Positions 51,033-61,474 are shown, numbered from the stretch's first letter. The stretch: 64,000 bases of DNA from Dehalococcoidia bacterium (GCA_963667465.2 CAXXDN010000002.1:928001-992000), one strand, 5' to 3'. Program-made: numbers and translations. Notes: generated from the sequence alone by a model not told the origin.

Positions 51033-51893
51033 ATGCGTCTGATCACTTCGCCGGTGACCGCCCTGGCGGTCTTGCTGACCAGCGTTGCCCTCCTCGCCGC
51101 CTGTGGCGGCGGTGACGAGAACGAGGCCGACGCAGCAACCGCAACTGCAACCCCGACCGCCCAACCGACCTCCACCAAGGGTGAGTTGATCCCGACCGCG
51201 ACACCGTTCGCCTCGCGGCCTACCCCGACCATTGTGAGCGAGAGCAGCAGCGGCGGGAACAGCAACACCAGCAGCGGAGGCGAGACCAGCAACACGGACG
51301 CGACCCCCGCCGCCACGCCAGCGCCGACAACGGCCACCCACGTCGTCGTCGAGGGCGACACCCTCTCCGCCATCGCCGACCAGTACGGCTTGAGCCTCGA
51401 TGCGATCATGGCGGCGAACGACATCACCGACGCCTCGCTGATCTTCGTCGGCCAGGAGCTGACCCTCCCCGCCGCCGCGACCAGCAGCGACAGCTCGGAC
51501 GGCTCGGACGGCTCGGACACGGGCGGGCAGACACACACCGTCGTGGAGGGCGACACCCTCACCGGCATCGCCGCGCGGTACGGCACCACCGTCGAGGCGA
51601 TCAGTGGGGCGAACAACCTCACCGACTCCGTCATCTGGATTGGGCAGGAGCTCACGATTCCGGACGCGGCACCCGCGCCCGACCCAACTCCCACGCCCAC
51701 ACCCGAGGCAACCAGCGAGAGCGGCAGCAGCGCGGCGACCTACACCGTCACCAACGGCGATACCGCTACGGGGATCGCCGAGGTGTTCGACGTGACGCTG
51801 CAGGCGCTGGCGGACGCCAACGAGCTGACCATCGACGAGCTCAACAACCTGCAGATCGGCCAGGTGCTCAACATCCCGCCCGCGGGGCAGTAG
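51033..51893 (+). CDS. Lipoprotein with three LysM domains
   Basis: Lipobox LAAC; HVVVEGDTL, HTVVEGDTL and YTVTNGDT repeats, each ending in GQ.L.(L/I)P. Confidence 0.92.
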   Translation: MRLITSPVTALAVLLTSVALLAACGGGDENEADAATATATPTAQPTSTKGELIPTATPFASRPTPTIVSESSSGGNSNTSSGGETSNTDATPAATPAPTTATHVVVEGDTLSAIADQYGLSLDAIMAANDITDASLIFVGQELTLPAAATSSDSSDGSDGSDTGGQTHTVVEGDTLTGIAARYGTTVEAISGANNLTDSVIWIGQELTIPDAAPAPDPTPTPTPEATSESGSSAATYTVTNGDTATGIAEVFDVTLQALADANELTIDELNNLQIGQVLNIPPAGQ

Positions 51894-52010
51894 CCCGCCG
51901 CGCCCGCCGCGCAGTGGCGCTGCGGGCCAAAGCAGCCGATACTACTCAGCCGGAGCCGGGCGCTTTGCCGCCCGGACTTGGCATGCGTCCGGGAGTATCT
52001 TCAGGCAGCT

Positions 52011-53555
52011 ATGAGCCACGAACAGCACATCGATCAACTCGCCCAGATGAAGGCCAGCGCCGCACTCGGCGGAGGCCAGGATCGCATCGACGCCCAACAC
52101 GCGCGGGAGAAGCTCACCGCGCGCGAACGCATCGAGACACTCATCGACCCCGGCAGCTTCGAGGAGCTCGACACGCTCGGCTTCGACTGGAACGAGAACG
52201 GCACAGGCGAGCGCTTCTACGGTGACGCCGTCGTCACCGGCTGGGGCCAGATCGACGGCCGCTACGTCTGCGTATTCGCGCAGGACTTCACGGTCTACGG
52301 CGGCTCACTCTCCACGGTGGTCGGCGAAAAGATGAGCAAGGCCATGGACCTCGCCATCAAGACCGGCGTTCCGATGATCGGCCTCAACGACTCGGGCGGC
52401 GCGCGCATCCAGGAGGGCGTCGCCTCGCTCGCCGGCTACGGCGACATCTTCTTCCGCAACGTCCGCGGCTCGGGCGTGATCCCGCAGATCAGCGTGATCA
52501 TGGGGCCCTGCGCCGGCGGCGCCGTCTACTCGCCCGCGATCACCGACTTCGTCTTCATGGTCGAGGGCACCTCGCAGATGTACATCACCGGCCCCGACGT
52601 CATCCAGAGCGTCACCGGCGAGCAGACCACCTTCGAGGAGCTCGGCGGCGCCATGTCCCACGCCGCCAAGTCCGGCGTCGCCCACTTCGCCTACTCGGAC
52701 GAGCAGACCTGCCTCGACGAGGTCCGCCGCCTCCTCTCCTTCCTCCCCGCCAACAACGTCGAGAACCCCCCGGGGCTCGACCAGGGCGACGACCCCAACC
52801 GCCTGCTCGATGACATCCTCGGCATCGTCCCGGACGACGACGCGCTGCCCTACGACGTGCGCGACCTGATCGAGCGGCTCGTCGACAACGGCGAGTTCAT
52901 GGAGGTGCACGAGTACTTCGCGCAGAACCTCGTCGTCGGGTTCGGACGGATCGGCGGCCAGAGCGTCGGCGTCGTCGCCAACCAGCCGATGTACCTCGGC
53001 GGCGTGCTGGACATCGACTCCTCGCGCAAAGCCGCGCGCTTCGTGCGCATCTGCGACGCCTTCAACGTGCCGATCATCACGCTGGTCGACGTGCCGGGTT
53101 ACCTGCCCGGCGTCTCGCAGGAGTACGGCGGCATCATCTCGCACGGGGCGAAACTGCTCTACGCCTACGCCGAGGCGACCGTGCCGAAGATCACCGTGAT
53201 CACACGCAAGGCCTTCGGCGGCGCCTACGTCGCGATGGGTTCGAAGCACCTCGGGGCGGACGTCAACTTCGTCTGGCCGGGCGGCGCGATCGCGGTGATG
53301 GGCGGACACCAGGCGGTGAACATCATCAACCGCCGCGAGCTGCAAGCCGCCGAGGACGAGGCGGCCGTCCGCGCCGAACTCGTCGCCGACTACCAGACCC
53401 GCTTCGAGCATCCCTACATCGCAGCGGCGAAGGGCTACGTCGACGACGTGATCGACCCGCGCGAGACGCGCCGCCGCATCGCGACGGCGTTGCGGATCCT
53501 GCAGAGCAAGGCCGAGTCGCCGCTGGCGAAGAAGCACGGGAACATCCCGCTGTAG
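52011..53555 (+). CDS. pccB: Acyl-CoA (propionyl-CoA) carboxylase carboxyltransferase beta subunit
   Basis: [30 protein letters not shown] and KKHGNIPL motifs. Confidence 0.93.
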   Translation: MSHEQHIDQLAQMKASAALGGGQDRIDAQHAREKLTARERIETLIDPGSFEELDTLGFDWNENGTGERFYGDAVVTGWGQIDGRYVCVFAQDFTVYGGSLSTVVGEKMSKAMDLAIKTGVPMIGLNDSGGARIQEGVASLAGYGDIFFRNVRGSGVIPQISVIMGPCAGGAVYSPAITDFVFMVEGTSQMYITGPDVIQSVTGEQTTFEELGGAMSHAAKSGVAHFAYSDEQTCLDEVRRLLSFLPANNVENPPGLDQGDDPNRLLDDILGIVPDDDALPYDVRDLIERLVDNGEFMEVHEYFAQNLVVGFGRIGGQSVGVVANQPMYLGGVLDIDSSRKAARFVRICDAFNVPIITLVDVPGYLPGVSQEYGGIISHGAKLLYAYAEATVPKITVITRKAFGGAYVAMGSKHLGADVNFVWPGGAIAVMGGHQAVNIINRRELQAAEDEAAVRAELVADYQTRFEHPYIAAAKGYVDDVIDPRETRRRIATALRILQSKAESPLAKKHGNIPL

Positions 53556-53652
53556 CGCCGCACGAGGGCTGGCGCGAGAGCGCCCAGCCACGGCGACGCC
53601 AGGCGGCGGAAACAACAAGGCGTGCGAACGCGCAACTGAAGGAGCCCGCCCG

Positions 53653-54870
53653 ATGGCGAAAATCCCCGTAGCCAACCCGATCGTCGAGCTCGACGGCGAC
53701 GAGATGACGCGCATCATCTGGGCCTGGATCCGCGAACGGCTGATCCTCCCGTACCTCGACATCGACCTGAAGTACTACGACCTCAGCATCCAGTCGCGCG
53801 ATGAGACCAACGACCAGATCACCGTGGACTGCGCGAAGGCGATCCAGCAGTACGGCGTCGGCGTGAAGTGCGCAACGATCACCGCCGACGAAGACCGTGT
53901 CGAGGAGTTCGGCCTCAAGGAGATGTGGCCCTCCCCCAACGGCACAATCCGCAACATCCTCGGCGGCACCGTCTTCCGCGAGCCGATCGTGATCTCGAAC
54001 GTGCCGCGGCTCGTGCCCGGCTGGACGCAGCCGATGGTGATCGGCCGCCACGCCCACGGCGACCAGTACCGCGCCACCGACTTCGTCGTCCCCGGCGCCG
54101 GCAGGCTGACGATGACCTTCACCCCCGCCGACGGCGGCGAGCCGACCGAGTACGAGGTGATGGACTTCCCCGGCGGCGGCACCGCCATGGGCATGTACAA
54201 CCTCGACGAGTCGATCCGCGGCTTCGCGCGCGCCTGCATGAACTACTCGCTGCAGCGCCAGTTCCCGCTCTACTTCGCGACGAAGAACACGATCCTCAAG
54301 CGCTACGACGGCCGCTTCCGCGACCTCTTCCAGCAGGTCTTCGACGACGAGTTCTCCGACAAGTTCGCCGAGGCGGGCCTGACCTACGAGCACCGCCTGA
54401 TCGACGACATGGTCGCGCAAGCCATGAAGTGGAACGGCGGCTTCGTCTGGGCCTGCAAGAACTACGACGGCGACGTGCAGTCCGACGTGGTCGCGCAGGG
54501 CTACGGCTCGCTCGGCCTGATGACCTCCGTGCTGCTCACGCCGGACGGCAACACGGTGGAGGCGGAGGCGGCGCACGGCACCGTCACGCGCCACTACCGC
54601 GAGCACCTGCGGGGCAACGCGACCTCGACCAACCCGATCGCCTCGATCTTCGCGTGGACGCGCGGCCTGCAGTACCGCGGCCGCATGGACAACACGCCCG
54701 AGGTCGAGCAGTTCGCCGAGGTCGTCGAGCGCGCCTGCATCGAGACCGTCGAGGCCGGCAACATGACCAAGGACCTGGCGATGCACATCGGGCCCGATGT
54801 GCCGTTCCTGAACACCGGCGCCTTCTTCGACAGCATTGAGGAGCGCCTGCAGCAGGAAATGGGCTCCTGA
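53653..54870 (+). CDS. icd: NADP-dependent isocitrate dehydrogenase (eukaryote-like type II)
   Basis: [28 protein letters not shown] and [10 protein letters not shown] motifs. Confidence 0.97.
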   Translation: MAKIPVANPIVELDGDEMTRIIWAWIRERLILPYLDIDLKYYDLSIQSRDETNDQITVDCAKAIQQYGVGVKCATITADEDRVEEFGLKEMWPSPNGTIRNILGGTVFREPIVISNVPRLVPGWTQPMVIGRHAHGDQYRATDFVVPGAGRLTMTFTPADGGEPTEYEVMDFPGGGTAMGMYNLDESIRGFARACMNYSLQRQFPLYFATKNTILKRYDGRFRDLFQQVFDDEFSDKFAEAGLTYEHRLIDDMVAQAMKWNGGFVWACKNYDGDVQSDVVAQGYGSLGLMTSVLLTPDGNTVEAEAAHGTVTRHYREHLRGNATSTNPIASIFAWTRGLQYRGRMDNTPEVEQFAEVVERACIETVEAGNMTKDLAMHIGPDVPFLNTGAFFDSIEERLQQEMGS

Positions 54871-54960
54871 GCGCAGCCGAGTCCGGGCAGACCAGCAGCA
54901 CAGCAGACTGAGCGGGCGTCCACGCGCGACGCGCGGCCCGCAACGCCGAGGGGGGACAGC

Positions 54961-55893
54961 GTGCGGAGCAAGGTGACGATTGTCGGCGCGGGGAACACCG
55001 GCGCCACCATGGCGCAGATCCTCGCCTCGCGCGGCTACGCCGACGTCATGCTGATCGACATCGTCGAAGGCCTGCCGCAGGGCAAGGCGCTCGACATCGC
55101 CGAGGGCGCCCCGTGGGTCGGCTTCAGTAGCTCCGTCAGCGGCACCAACGACTGGGCGGACACCGCCGGCTCCGACGTCGTCGTCGTCACCTCGGGCGTC
55201 GCCCGCCGGCCCGGCATGACGCGCGAGGACCTGCTCGGCACCAACGCCGGGATCGTGCGCAGCGTCGTCGCGCAGGCCGTCGAGCACTCGCCCGACGCCG
55301 TGCTGGTCATCTTCGCCAACCCGATGGACGCAATGTGCCATGTCGCCCTCGAGACGAGCGGGCTGCCCGCCACGCGCGTCATCGGCCAGGGCGGGATGCT
55401 CGACAGCACCCGCTACCGCACCTTCATCGCGATGGAGCTCGGCGTCTCGGTGCGCGACGTCTCGGCCTGGGTCCTCGGCGGCCACACCGAGGCGACGATG
55501 GTCCCGATCGTCTCCACTGCGACGGTCGGCGGCGTCCCGCTGAGCGCGCTCATGGCGCAGGCCCGCATCGACGCCGTCGCGGACCGCACGATGAAGGGCG
55601 GCGCCGAGATCGTCGGCCTGCTCAAGACCGGCTCCGCCTTCACCGCCCCCGCCGCTGCGACAATCGAGATGGTCGACGCCATCCTCCGCGACGAGCGCCG
55701 CATCCTCCCCTGCTGCACGCTCCTGGACGGCCAATGGGGCATCGAGAACGCCTACGTGGGCGCCCCGGTCCTGCTCGGCGCCGGCGGCATCCTCGAGGTC
55801 TACGAGCCCCCGCTGGCGGACTCGGAGGTTGCAGCGGTGCGGGCTGCGGGCGAGGCGGTGCTGGAGCTGGTGGCGGCTACGCCGCAGGGGTAG
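54961..55893 (+). CDS. mdh: Malate dehydrogenase (LDH-like)
   Basis: GAGNTG, RRPGMTREDL, NPMD, LDSTR and GAEIVGLLKTGSA motifs. Confidence 0.95.
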   Translation: MRSKVTIVGAGNTGATMAQILASRGYADVMLIDIVEGLPQGKALDIAEGAPWVGFSSSVSGTNDWADTAGSDVVVVTSGVARRPGMTREDLLGTNAGIVRSVVAQAVEHSPDAVLVIFANPMDAMCHVALETSGLPATRVIGQGGMLDSTRYRTFIAMELGVSVRDVSAWVLGGHTEATMVPIVSTATVGGVPLSALMAQARIDAVADRTMKGGAEIVGLLKTGSAFTAPAAATIEMVDAILRDERRILPCCTLLDGQWGIENAYVGAPVLLGAGGILEVYEPPLADSEVAAVRAAGEAVLELVAATPQG

Positions 55894-55904
55894 GCGATTC
55901 CGGC

Positions 55905-56483
55905 CTACGAGTTGGAGGCGCGCTCCAGAGTGAACGTGCCATGGGTCGCGCGATCACGACCCGTGTAGTACGTGCCGTCCATACTGCCGTCCTTGCGGAG
56001 TGCCAGTTCCGCAGTGCCTTCGTGGATGTGCAAGCCCTCCCCGGCCTCCATCGGTCGGTTGAGGTATGTGTGGATGAGCACGGCCTCCAATCCTCGGGAA
56101 CGAATGAACGCGAACCCAGAACTCTGGGACTCCGACCGCCCAAATCGCCCGACGATTGAGATCTTGCTCCAAGTCTGCGCTATCTCAATTTCTGCATCGA
56201 AGTCTGTGCCCCCGTGTGATGACCTGCCGGAGCCTCGCCAAGTCCCGGAGAGGTCTGGCACATGCGAGATGCCGATTCGGCGCGCGGCCCGCCAGAGCCA
56301 TCTCTCATAAAGCCACAGGAGTGCACCGTACAAGGTAACAGGGGAACCGAACCTCAGCGCCGTGACGAAATCGAGGTTAGCGTCGTACGACGAGAACACA
56401 ATCACGGCCAACGCTGTAGAGACCAGACCGATACCGATCTTGACCCACCGCCCCTCGTCAATATCGGTACCGTAGCTGTGCAT
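55905..56483 (-). CDS. CBASS Cap15-like effector (2 TM plus beta-barrel; SMODS-associating 2TM-beta)
   Basis: Two N-terminal TM segments, YERWLW, PDLSGTWRG, IAQTWSKISI, YLNRP, HEGTAEL and GTYYTGR; directly downstream of the CD-NTase. Confidence 0.85.
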   Translation of the reverse strand: MHSYGTDIDEGRWVKIGIGLVSTALAVIVFSSYDANLDFVTALRFGSPVTLYGALLWLYERWLWRAARRIGISHVPDLSGTWRGSGRSSHGGTDFDAEIEIAQTWSKISIVGRFGRSESQSSGFAFIRSRGLEAVLIHTYLNRPMEAGEGLHIHEGTAELALRKDGSMDGTYYTGRDRATHGTFTLERASNS

Positions 56484-56486
56484 TGG

Positions 56487-57389
56487 TCACGCCCGCAGCA
56501 GCGAGGCCCACGCTGCGTCCACAAAGGTTCGAGCGTCTTGGGTGTTCCACTGCGTATTACCGTCGCCGAATAGAGAGACAATCCCATTCAAACTGATGGG
56601 CTCTGTGCCCCATCCTCGCTCGTAGGCGATGAGTACGGACATCAAGTCTGCCAACACGTCAGCTACACGCCCTCGCGGGTCATGTGAGTAGAACTTCGCG
56701 TCGCTGGCATTGGAAATAAGGCACTCCACGTAGTAGGACGGAACGGACCCTTTGGGGAGTGCTCCCGAGTCATACAGGGCATTGCGGAGGTTCTTCAGGA
56801 TTCGCACCGTCGGCTTGAAATTGCCGTCGCATCGCCTGTTCTTATCCTCCCCGTTCGCGCGGTGCTGTTTCGGGAAGTTAACAAACATCTCGCCAGACCG
56901 CGCCAGAAACGCCATTCCTTCTGCGTAGTCACCAATGCCACGGTATAGGCGGTAGTCAAATGCAGGCACTACATCGGAATTCACGGATCCAAATCCTGCA
57001 GCTACCTTTATTGCCTTGTTGCCTTCGCTCACACGACCCGGGAAGGCAACGCGCAAAGAACGCAGCACGTCCTCCCGGAAGCTGGAATAGTAGTAGGTTG
57101 CAGGGATGTGAGAACTGGCCACCGCATCTCTCTGGTACTGTGGCACCTCCAGGCGGTAGGCGTGAAAGAACGTTGCCGAAGACTGCACGACTATGTCAAC
57201 GTCACTGTCACCACTGATATTCGTCGCATTCGCGTAGGAGCCTTGCAGATAGACGTCGACCGAGCGAATCCGAAGTGCAGCGTCGGACTCGATGGCACCC
57301 TTGATGGACTGGTACGTCCGCGCGGACGCGACATCGTCGCCTTGTCGTGACCAAAGGGCCAGCAGCGCATCGACGTGCGAGGCAACCAT
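56487..57389 (-). CDS. cGAS/DncV-like nucleotidyltransferase (CdnE-like)
   Basis: [54 protein letters not shown] and PSYYVECL motifs; lower GC. Confidence 0.9.
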   Translation of the reverse strand: MVASHVDALLALWSRQGDDVASARTYQSIKGAIESDAALRIRSVDVYLQGSYANATNISGDSDVDIVVQSSATFFHAYRLEVPQYQRDAVASSHIPATYYYSSFREDVLRSLRVAFPGRVSEGNKAIKVAAGFGSVNSDVVPAFDYRLYRGIGDYAEGMAFLARSGEMFVNFPKQHRANGEDKNRRCDGNFKPTVRILKNLRNALYDSGALPKGSVPSYYVECLISNASDAKFYSHDPRGRVADVLADLMSVLIAYERGWGTEPISLNGIVSLFGDGNTQWNTQDARTFVDAAWASLLRA

Positions 57390-57409
57390 AGGAACTTCAC
57401 CCCTACACA

Positions 57410-57438
57410 ATTGGAAACCCGCAAACTCACGTTGTCAA
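57410..57438 (-). promoter_or_regulatory. Candidate sigma70-type promoter for the CBASS pair
   Basis: Minus strand TTGACA-17 nt-TCCAAT, ~20 nt upstream of ATG 57389. Confidence 0.5.
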
Positions 57439-57704
57439 TAGCTACCGCCTCCAACCTCCCCCGCCCCGAAGCTCGTCACCCCCACCGTCCCCGTTACGTC
57501 GAGGCGGAAGATGCCGTGCTCGTCGGTGTCGATGGCGCGTGCGGCCTCGAGGCGCACCTCGTCCGTGGCATAGGACCCTCACCCCCTTGGGTGGATCGAA
57601 GCCCACACGCCGTCCTGCGCCGCCCCCCTGCTGCCCACAACCCCCAACACCGCTACCCTCCTCCCGACCCGCACAGCACCACCCCGGCGAGGGAGCACGA
57701 GGCC

Positions 57705-59093
57705 ATGAGCAAGACCCGCACCGAGACCGACAGCATGGGCGCCATCGAGGTGGCCGCTGACAGGTACTGGGGGGCGCAGACGCAGCGCTCGCTGGAGAAC
57801 TTCAAGATCGGGGACGAGCGCATGCCGCGCGCGATTATCCGCGCCCTCGGCATCGTCAAGCACGCCTCGGCGAGCGCCAATGAGTCGCTCGTCAGGCTCG
57901 ACTCCGGGCTCGCCGACGCCATCCGCTCCGCCGCGCAGGAGGTGATCGACGGCGACCTCGACGACCACTTCCCGCTCGTCGTCTGGCAGACCGGCTCCGG
58001 CACCCAGTCCAACATGAACGCCAACGAGGTGATCTCCAACCGCGCCATCGAGCTGCTCGGCGGCGAGCGCGGCTCCAAGGACCCGATCCACCCCAACGAC
58101 CACGTCAACATGTCGCAGTCCTCGAACGACGTCTTCCCCGGCGCCATGTCGATCGCGACCGCCGAGGAGGTCACGCACCGCCTCGTGCCCGGCCTCACGC
58201 ACCTGCACGCGGCGCTGGCGGCGAAGCAGGCGGCCTTCGAGGACATCGTGAAGATCGGCCGCACGCACCTGATGGACGCGACGCCGCTGACGCTGGGCCA
58301 GGAGTTCTCCGGTTACGTCAAGCAAGTCGAGAATGCGATCCTGCGCGTGCAGAGCGCGCTCCCGCGGATCAGCGAGCTCGCCCTCGGCGGCACCGCCGTC
58401 GGCACTGGCCTCAACGCCCACCCCGAGTACGGCGAGCGCGTCGCCGAGGAGATCGCGAGCATGACGGGGCTGCCGTTCGTGACCGCGCCCAACAAGTTCG
58501 AGTCGCTCGCCGCGCACGACGCGCAGGTCGAGCTGTCGGGTCAGCTCAAGACCGTGGCCGCCTCGCTGATGAAGATCGCGAACGACGTGCGGCTGCTCGG
58601 CTCCGGGCCGCGCGCCGGCGTCGCCGAGCTGATGCTGCCCGCCAACGAGCCGGGTTCCTCGATCATGCCGGGCAAGGTGAACCCCACCCAGTCCGAGGCG
58701 CTGACGATGGTCTGCGCGCAGGTGATCGGCAACGACGTGGCGGTCAACGTCGGCGGCGCGACGGGGCACTTTGAGCTCAACGTCTTCAAGCCGGTGATCG
58801 TCTACAACACCCTGCAGTCGATCCGCCTGCTCGGCGACGCCGCCGTCTCCTTCACTGACAACTGCGTCGTCAGCATCGAGCCGAACCACGCGCGCATCCG
58901 CGAGCTGATGGAGTCCTCGCTGATGCTGGTGACGGCGCTCAGCCCGCACATCGGCTACGACCGCGCCGCCGAGGTCGCCCACCACGCCCACGTCCACAGC
59001 TCGACGCTGCGCGAGGCCGCGCTGGACCTCGGCTACGTCACGGACGCCGAGTTCGACGAGTGGGTGAAGCCCGAGGAGATGACGCACCCGTAG
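57705..59093 (+). CDS. fumC: Class II fumarate hydratase
   Basis: [27 protein letters not shown] and [13 protein letters not shown] motifs. Confidence 0.97.
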   Translation: MSKTRTETDSMGAIEVAADRYWGAQTQRSLENFKIGDERMPRAIIRALGIVKHASASANESLVRLDSGLADAIRSAAQEVIDGDLDDHFPLVVWQTGSGTQSNMNANEVISNRAIELLGGERGSKDPIHPNDHVNMSQSSNDVFPGAMSIATAEEVTHRLVPGLTHLHAALAAKQAAFEDIVKIGRTHLMDATPLTLGQEFSGYVKQVENAILRVQSALPRISELALGGTAVGTGLNAHPEYGERVAEEIASMTGLPFVTAPNKFESLAAHDAQVELSGQLKTVAASLMKIANDVRLLGSGPRAGVAELMLPANEPGSSIMPGKVNPTQSEALTMVCAQVIGNDVAVNVGGATGHFELNVFKPVIVYNTLQSIRLLGDAAVSFTDNCVVSIEPNHARIRELMESSLMLVTALSPHIGYDRAAEVAHHAHVHSSTLREAALDLGYVTDAEFDEWVKPEEMTHP

Positions 59094-59389
59094 CGGCGCG
59101 CAAGCGGCGGCGGGTTCCCCTTACCCCAGCCTCCTCTCCGGCCCCCTCTCCCCTCGCGGGAGAGGGCGGGGGTGAGGGGGCCGCGCGGCAGCGCGCAAGC
59201 GGCTGCGGCTTCCCCCTACCCCCAGCCTCCTCTCCGGCCCCCTCTCCCCTCGCGGGAGAGGGCGGGGGTGAGGGGCGCCGCGTAGCGGCGCGCAAGCGGC
59301 TGCGGGTTCCCCCTACCCCCAGCCTCCTCTCCGGCCCCCTCTCCCCTCGCGGGAGAGGGCGGGGGTGGGGGGCGCCGCGCGGCGGCGCG
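59089..59389. repeat. Three tandem ~96-bp REP-like palindromic units
   Basis: GCGCGCAAGCGG recurs at 59096, 59191 and 59288; each unit contains CCCTCTCCC-CTCGC-GGGAGAGGG. Confidence 0.9.
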
Positions 59390-59537
59390 GCGTCTCCAGG
59401 CGGCACTCCGCGAACATTGAGCGAGTCCTCGGGTCGGGACTCAGGGATTCTGCCAGGGGAGGGGGATCGAGCGGCGCTGCGGCTCTGCTCCCGTCAGGAG
59501 AGAGGGGTTCGGAAGGCGAGGGTGGGTGTGCGGCGCA

Positions 59538-59708
59538 CTACTCCCTCGAGCGGAGGAAGACGGCGACGAGGCCGGCGAGGATGCCCGCCAGGCCGCCCGT
59601 CACGAACGCCGGCGGGTCTGCGGCCAGTTCGGCGACAACGCCGACGATCACGCCGACGACGACACCCGCGCCGATGGTCATGAACATCGAGTTCAGCCGG
59701 TCGGTCAT
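59538..59708 (-). CDS. 56-aa two-TM Gly-rich membrane microprotein
   Basis: MTDRLNSMFMTIGAGVVVGVIVGVVAELAADPPAFVTGGLAGILAGLVAVFLRSRE; host-like GC3; similar to its neighbour. Confidence 0.7.
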   Translation of the reverse strand: MTDRLNSMFMTIGAGVVVGVIVGVVAELAADPPAFVTGGLAGILAGLVAVFLRSRE

Positions 59709-59750
59709 CGTGCCCGCCTCGCTCGCTGCGGGTCGCCCGCTCGCGGCAAG

Positions 59751-59915
59751 CTACAGCCTCGAGTGCAGGAGGCCGACCACGAGTGCGACGACGACACCGA
59801 CCACGGCCCCCACAACGGCAGGCGGCAGATCCGTGGATACCCCGAAGAGCACGGCGATGATCAGGCCGAGCACCAGGCCCAGGCCGATGAGAGTGAACAA
59901 TTTGCCGAGGCCCAT
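59751..59915 (-). CDS. 54-aa two-TM Gly-rich membrane microprotein
   Basis: MGLGKLFTLIGLGLVLGLIIAVLFGVSTDLPPAVVGAVVGVVVALVVGLLHSRL; strong GAGGAGG RBS. Confidence 0.75.
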   Translation of the reverse strand: MGLGKLFTLIGLGLVLGLIIAVLFGVSTDLPPAVVGAVVGVVVALVVGLLHSRL

Positions 59916-59953
59916 AGCCCCTCCTCGCTTGCCGGGTCGCGTTCGGGGACAGT

Positions 59954-60283
59954 CTATATGACGACGACGGCGGCCCAGACGGCCCCGGCGAGCGCGCCGA
60001 GGTAGCAGAGCACGGCGATCGGCGTCGCGGACGAGCGCAGGCCGAGGTCCTTGAGCAGGTGGCGGATGCGGTGCGCGGCGTGGAAGAAGCCCAGGAACGC
60101 CACCCCGAAGATGACCAGCCGCACGAGCCAGAAGCCAAAGAGGTTGTCGAGCTGGTCGAACTCGATGCCCTCGGCAGGGACGACGAAGCCGGTGATGACG
60201 ATCAGCACCGGGAGCAGGAACGCGGCGATCATGCCGCCGGCGGAGAAGATCGCCCAGAAGAACGGTTCGTTCGAAGGTCTCAC
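59954..60283 (-). CDS. frdD: Fumarate reductase membrane anchor FrdD
   Basis: RPSNEPFFWAIFSAGGM and FHAAHRIRH motifs. Confidence 0.88.
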   Translation of the reverse strand: MRPSNEPFFWAIFSAGGMIAAFLLPVLIVITGFVVPAEGIEFDQLDNLFGFWLVRLVIFGVAFLGFFHAAHRIRHLLKDLGLRSSATPIAVLCYLGALAGAVWAAVVVI

Positions 60284-60294
60284 GCCGTCCCCCC

Positions 60295-60684
60295 CTACGC
60301 CGCGACCAGGAAGATCACGAGCACGATGACTGACACGGCCAGCCAGGCCCCGTTGACGCCCGCGATCAGCAGCTCTCCCGGAACGCGCCAGCCGCCGAGC
60401 TTCAGCGGCATCGCCTTCGGCACCAGCCGGAACCAGGTGGAGGTGTGGAACTGCACCAGGCCGAGGAGCACCGCGTGCACGATCCAGAGCAGCGGGTTCT
60501 TCAGCACGTCGAGATGGTCCGCGAACGCGCTCTCGCCCTCGCGGACGCTTGCGACGAGCAGCAGCAGCAGCACGAGGTAGCCCGCGACGGCGAATGCCGA
60601 GAGCTCGCGCAGCAGCACGAGGCGGTACGCCCAGCGCCGGTTCCACCAGTCGTTCGACTTCGTCCTCGGGAGCGGTCCGGGCAT
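60295..60684 (-). CDS. frdC: Fumarate reductase membrane anchor FrdC
   Basis: WWNRRWAYRLVLLRE and FHTSTWFRLVPKAM motifs. Confidence 0.88.
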   Translation of the reverse strand: MPGPLPRTKSNDWWNRRWAYRLVLLRELSAFAVAGYLVLLLLLVASVREGESAFADHLDVLKNPLLWIVHAVLLGLVQFHTSTWFRLVPKAMPLKLGGWRVPGELLIAGVNGAWLAVSVIVLVIFLVAA

Positions 60685-60686
60685 CG

Positions 60687-61460
60687 TCAGCGACCCATTC
60701 CGGGGGGCGTGAAGGGCAGCAGCGAGATGAAGAAGCTGTTCGTCGCCTCCACCTTGGCCTGCTGGATCGCGGCAGCCGGGTCGACGTGCTTCGGGCAGAC
60801 CGTGCTGCACTCGCCGATGAAGGTGCAGTCCCAGATGCCCTCGTCGGACCAGATCAACTCCTGGCGTTGCGCGTTGCCCTCGTCGCGCGAGTCGAGGTTG
60901 TAGCGCTGCGCGAGGGCGAGCGCGGCAGGGCCGATGAACTCGTCCTCGTGCTCGTACACCGGGCAGGCGGCATAGCAGAGCATGCAGTTGATGCACATGC
61001 TGAACTGCTTGAAGTCGGCGAGCTGCGAGGGCGACTGGCGGTACTCGCCTTCCTCGATCGGCTGCTCTTCCTCGCGGATGATCCACGGCTTCACGTCGGT
61101 CAGCTTCTCCATGAAGTCGTCGAGGACGGTCACCATGTCGCGCTCGACGGGGAAGCCGCGCAGCGGCTCGACGCGGATCGGGCCGGGCATGAACTCGCGG
61201 AGGAAGGCGTTGCAGGTCAGGCGTGGGTAGCCGTTGACCATCATCCCGCAGCTGCCACAGACGCCCATCCGGCAGGACCAGCGGTAGCTGAGCGTGCCGT
61301 CGACCTCGTCCTTGAGCCAGTTGAGCGCGTCGAGGACTACCCACTCCTCGCGGTACGGCACCTCGTAGCTCTGATACGAGGGTTCCGTGTCCGTGTCGGG
61401 GTGATAGCGGAACACCTCGAGCGTCACGGTTTGCGTCGCGGTCATCGCTTCCGTGGTCAC
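60687..61460 (-). CDS. frdB: Fumarate reductase iron-sulfur subunit
   Basis: SCRMGVCGSC, CINCMLCYAACP and CTFIGECSTVCPK motifs. Confidence 0.93.
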   Translation of the reverse strand: MTTEAMTATQTVTLEVFRYHPDTDTEPSYQSYEVPYREEWVVLDALNWLKDEVDGTLSYRWSCRMGVCGSCGMMVNGYPRLTCNAFLREFMPGPIRVEPLRGFPVERDMVTVLDDFMEKLTDVKPWIIREEEQPIEEGEYRQSPSQLADFKQFSMCINCMLCYAACPVYEHEDEFIGPAALALAQRYNLDSRDEGNAQRQELIWSDEGIWDCTFIGECSTVCPKHVDPAAAIQQAKVEATNSFFISLLPFTPPGMGR

Positions 61461-61474
61461 GGCGCCTCCCGTCG

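Noticed and set aside
57375-57704. N-terminal extension of FumC in the ORF track (similar extensions at 3826, 20570, 21895, 29251, 43917, 49435)
   Set aside because: Family similarity and RBS or coupling signals point to downstream starts; the extensions are open-frame artefacts.
59089-59389. Possible CRISPR array
   Set aside because: The units are ~96 bp and nearly identical throughout, with no unique spacers and no cas genes.
59038-59683. ORFs 59038-59406 and 59060-59683 with repeated PSPLAGEG peptides
   Set aside because: They are translations of the REP-like DNA repeat.
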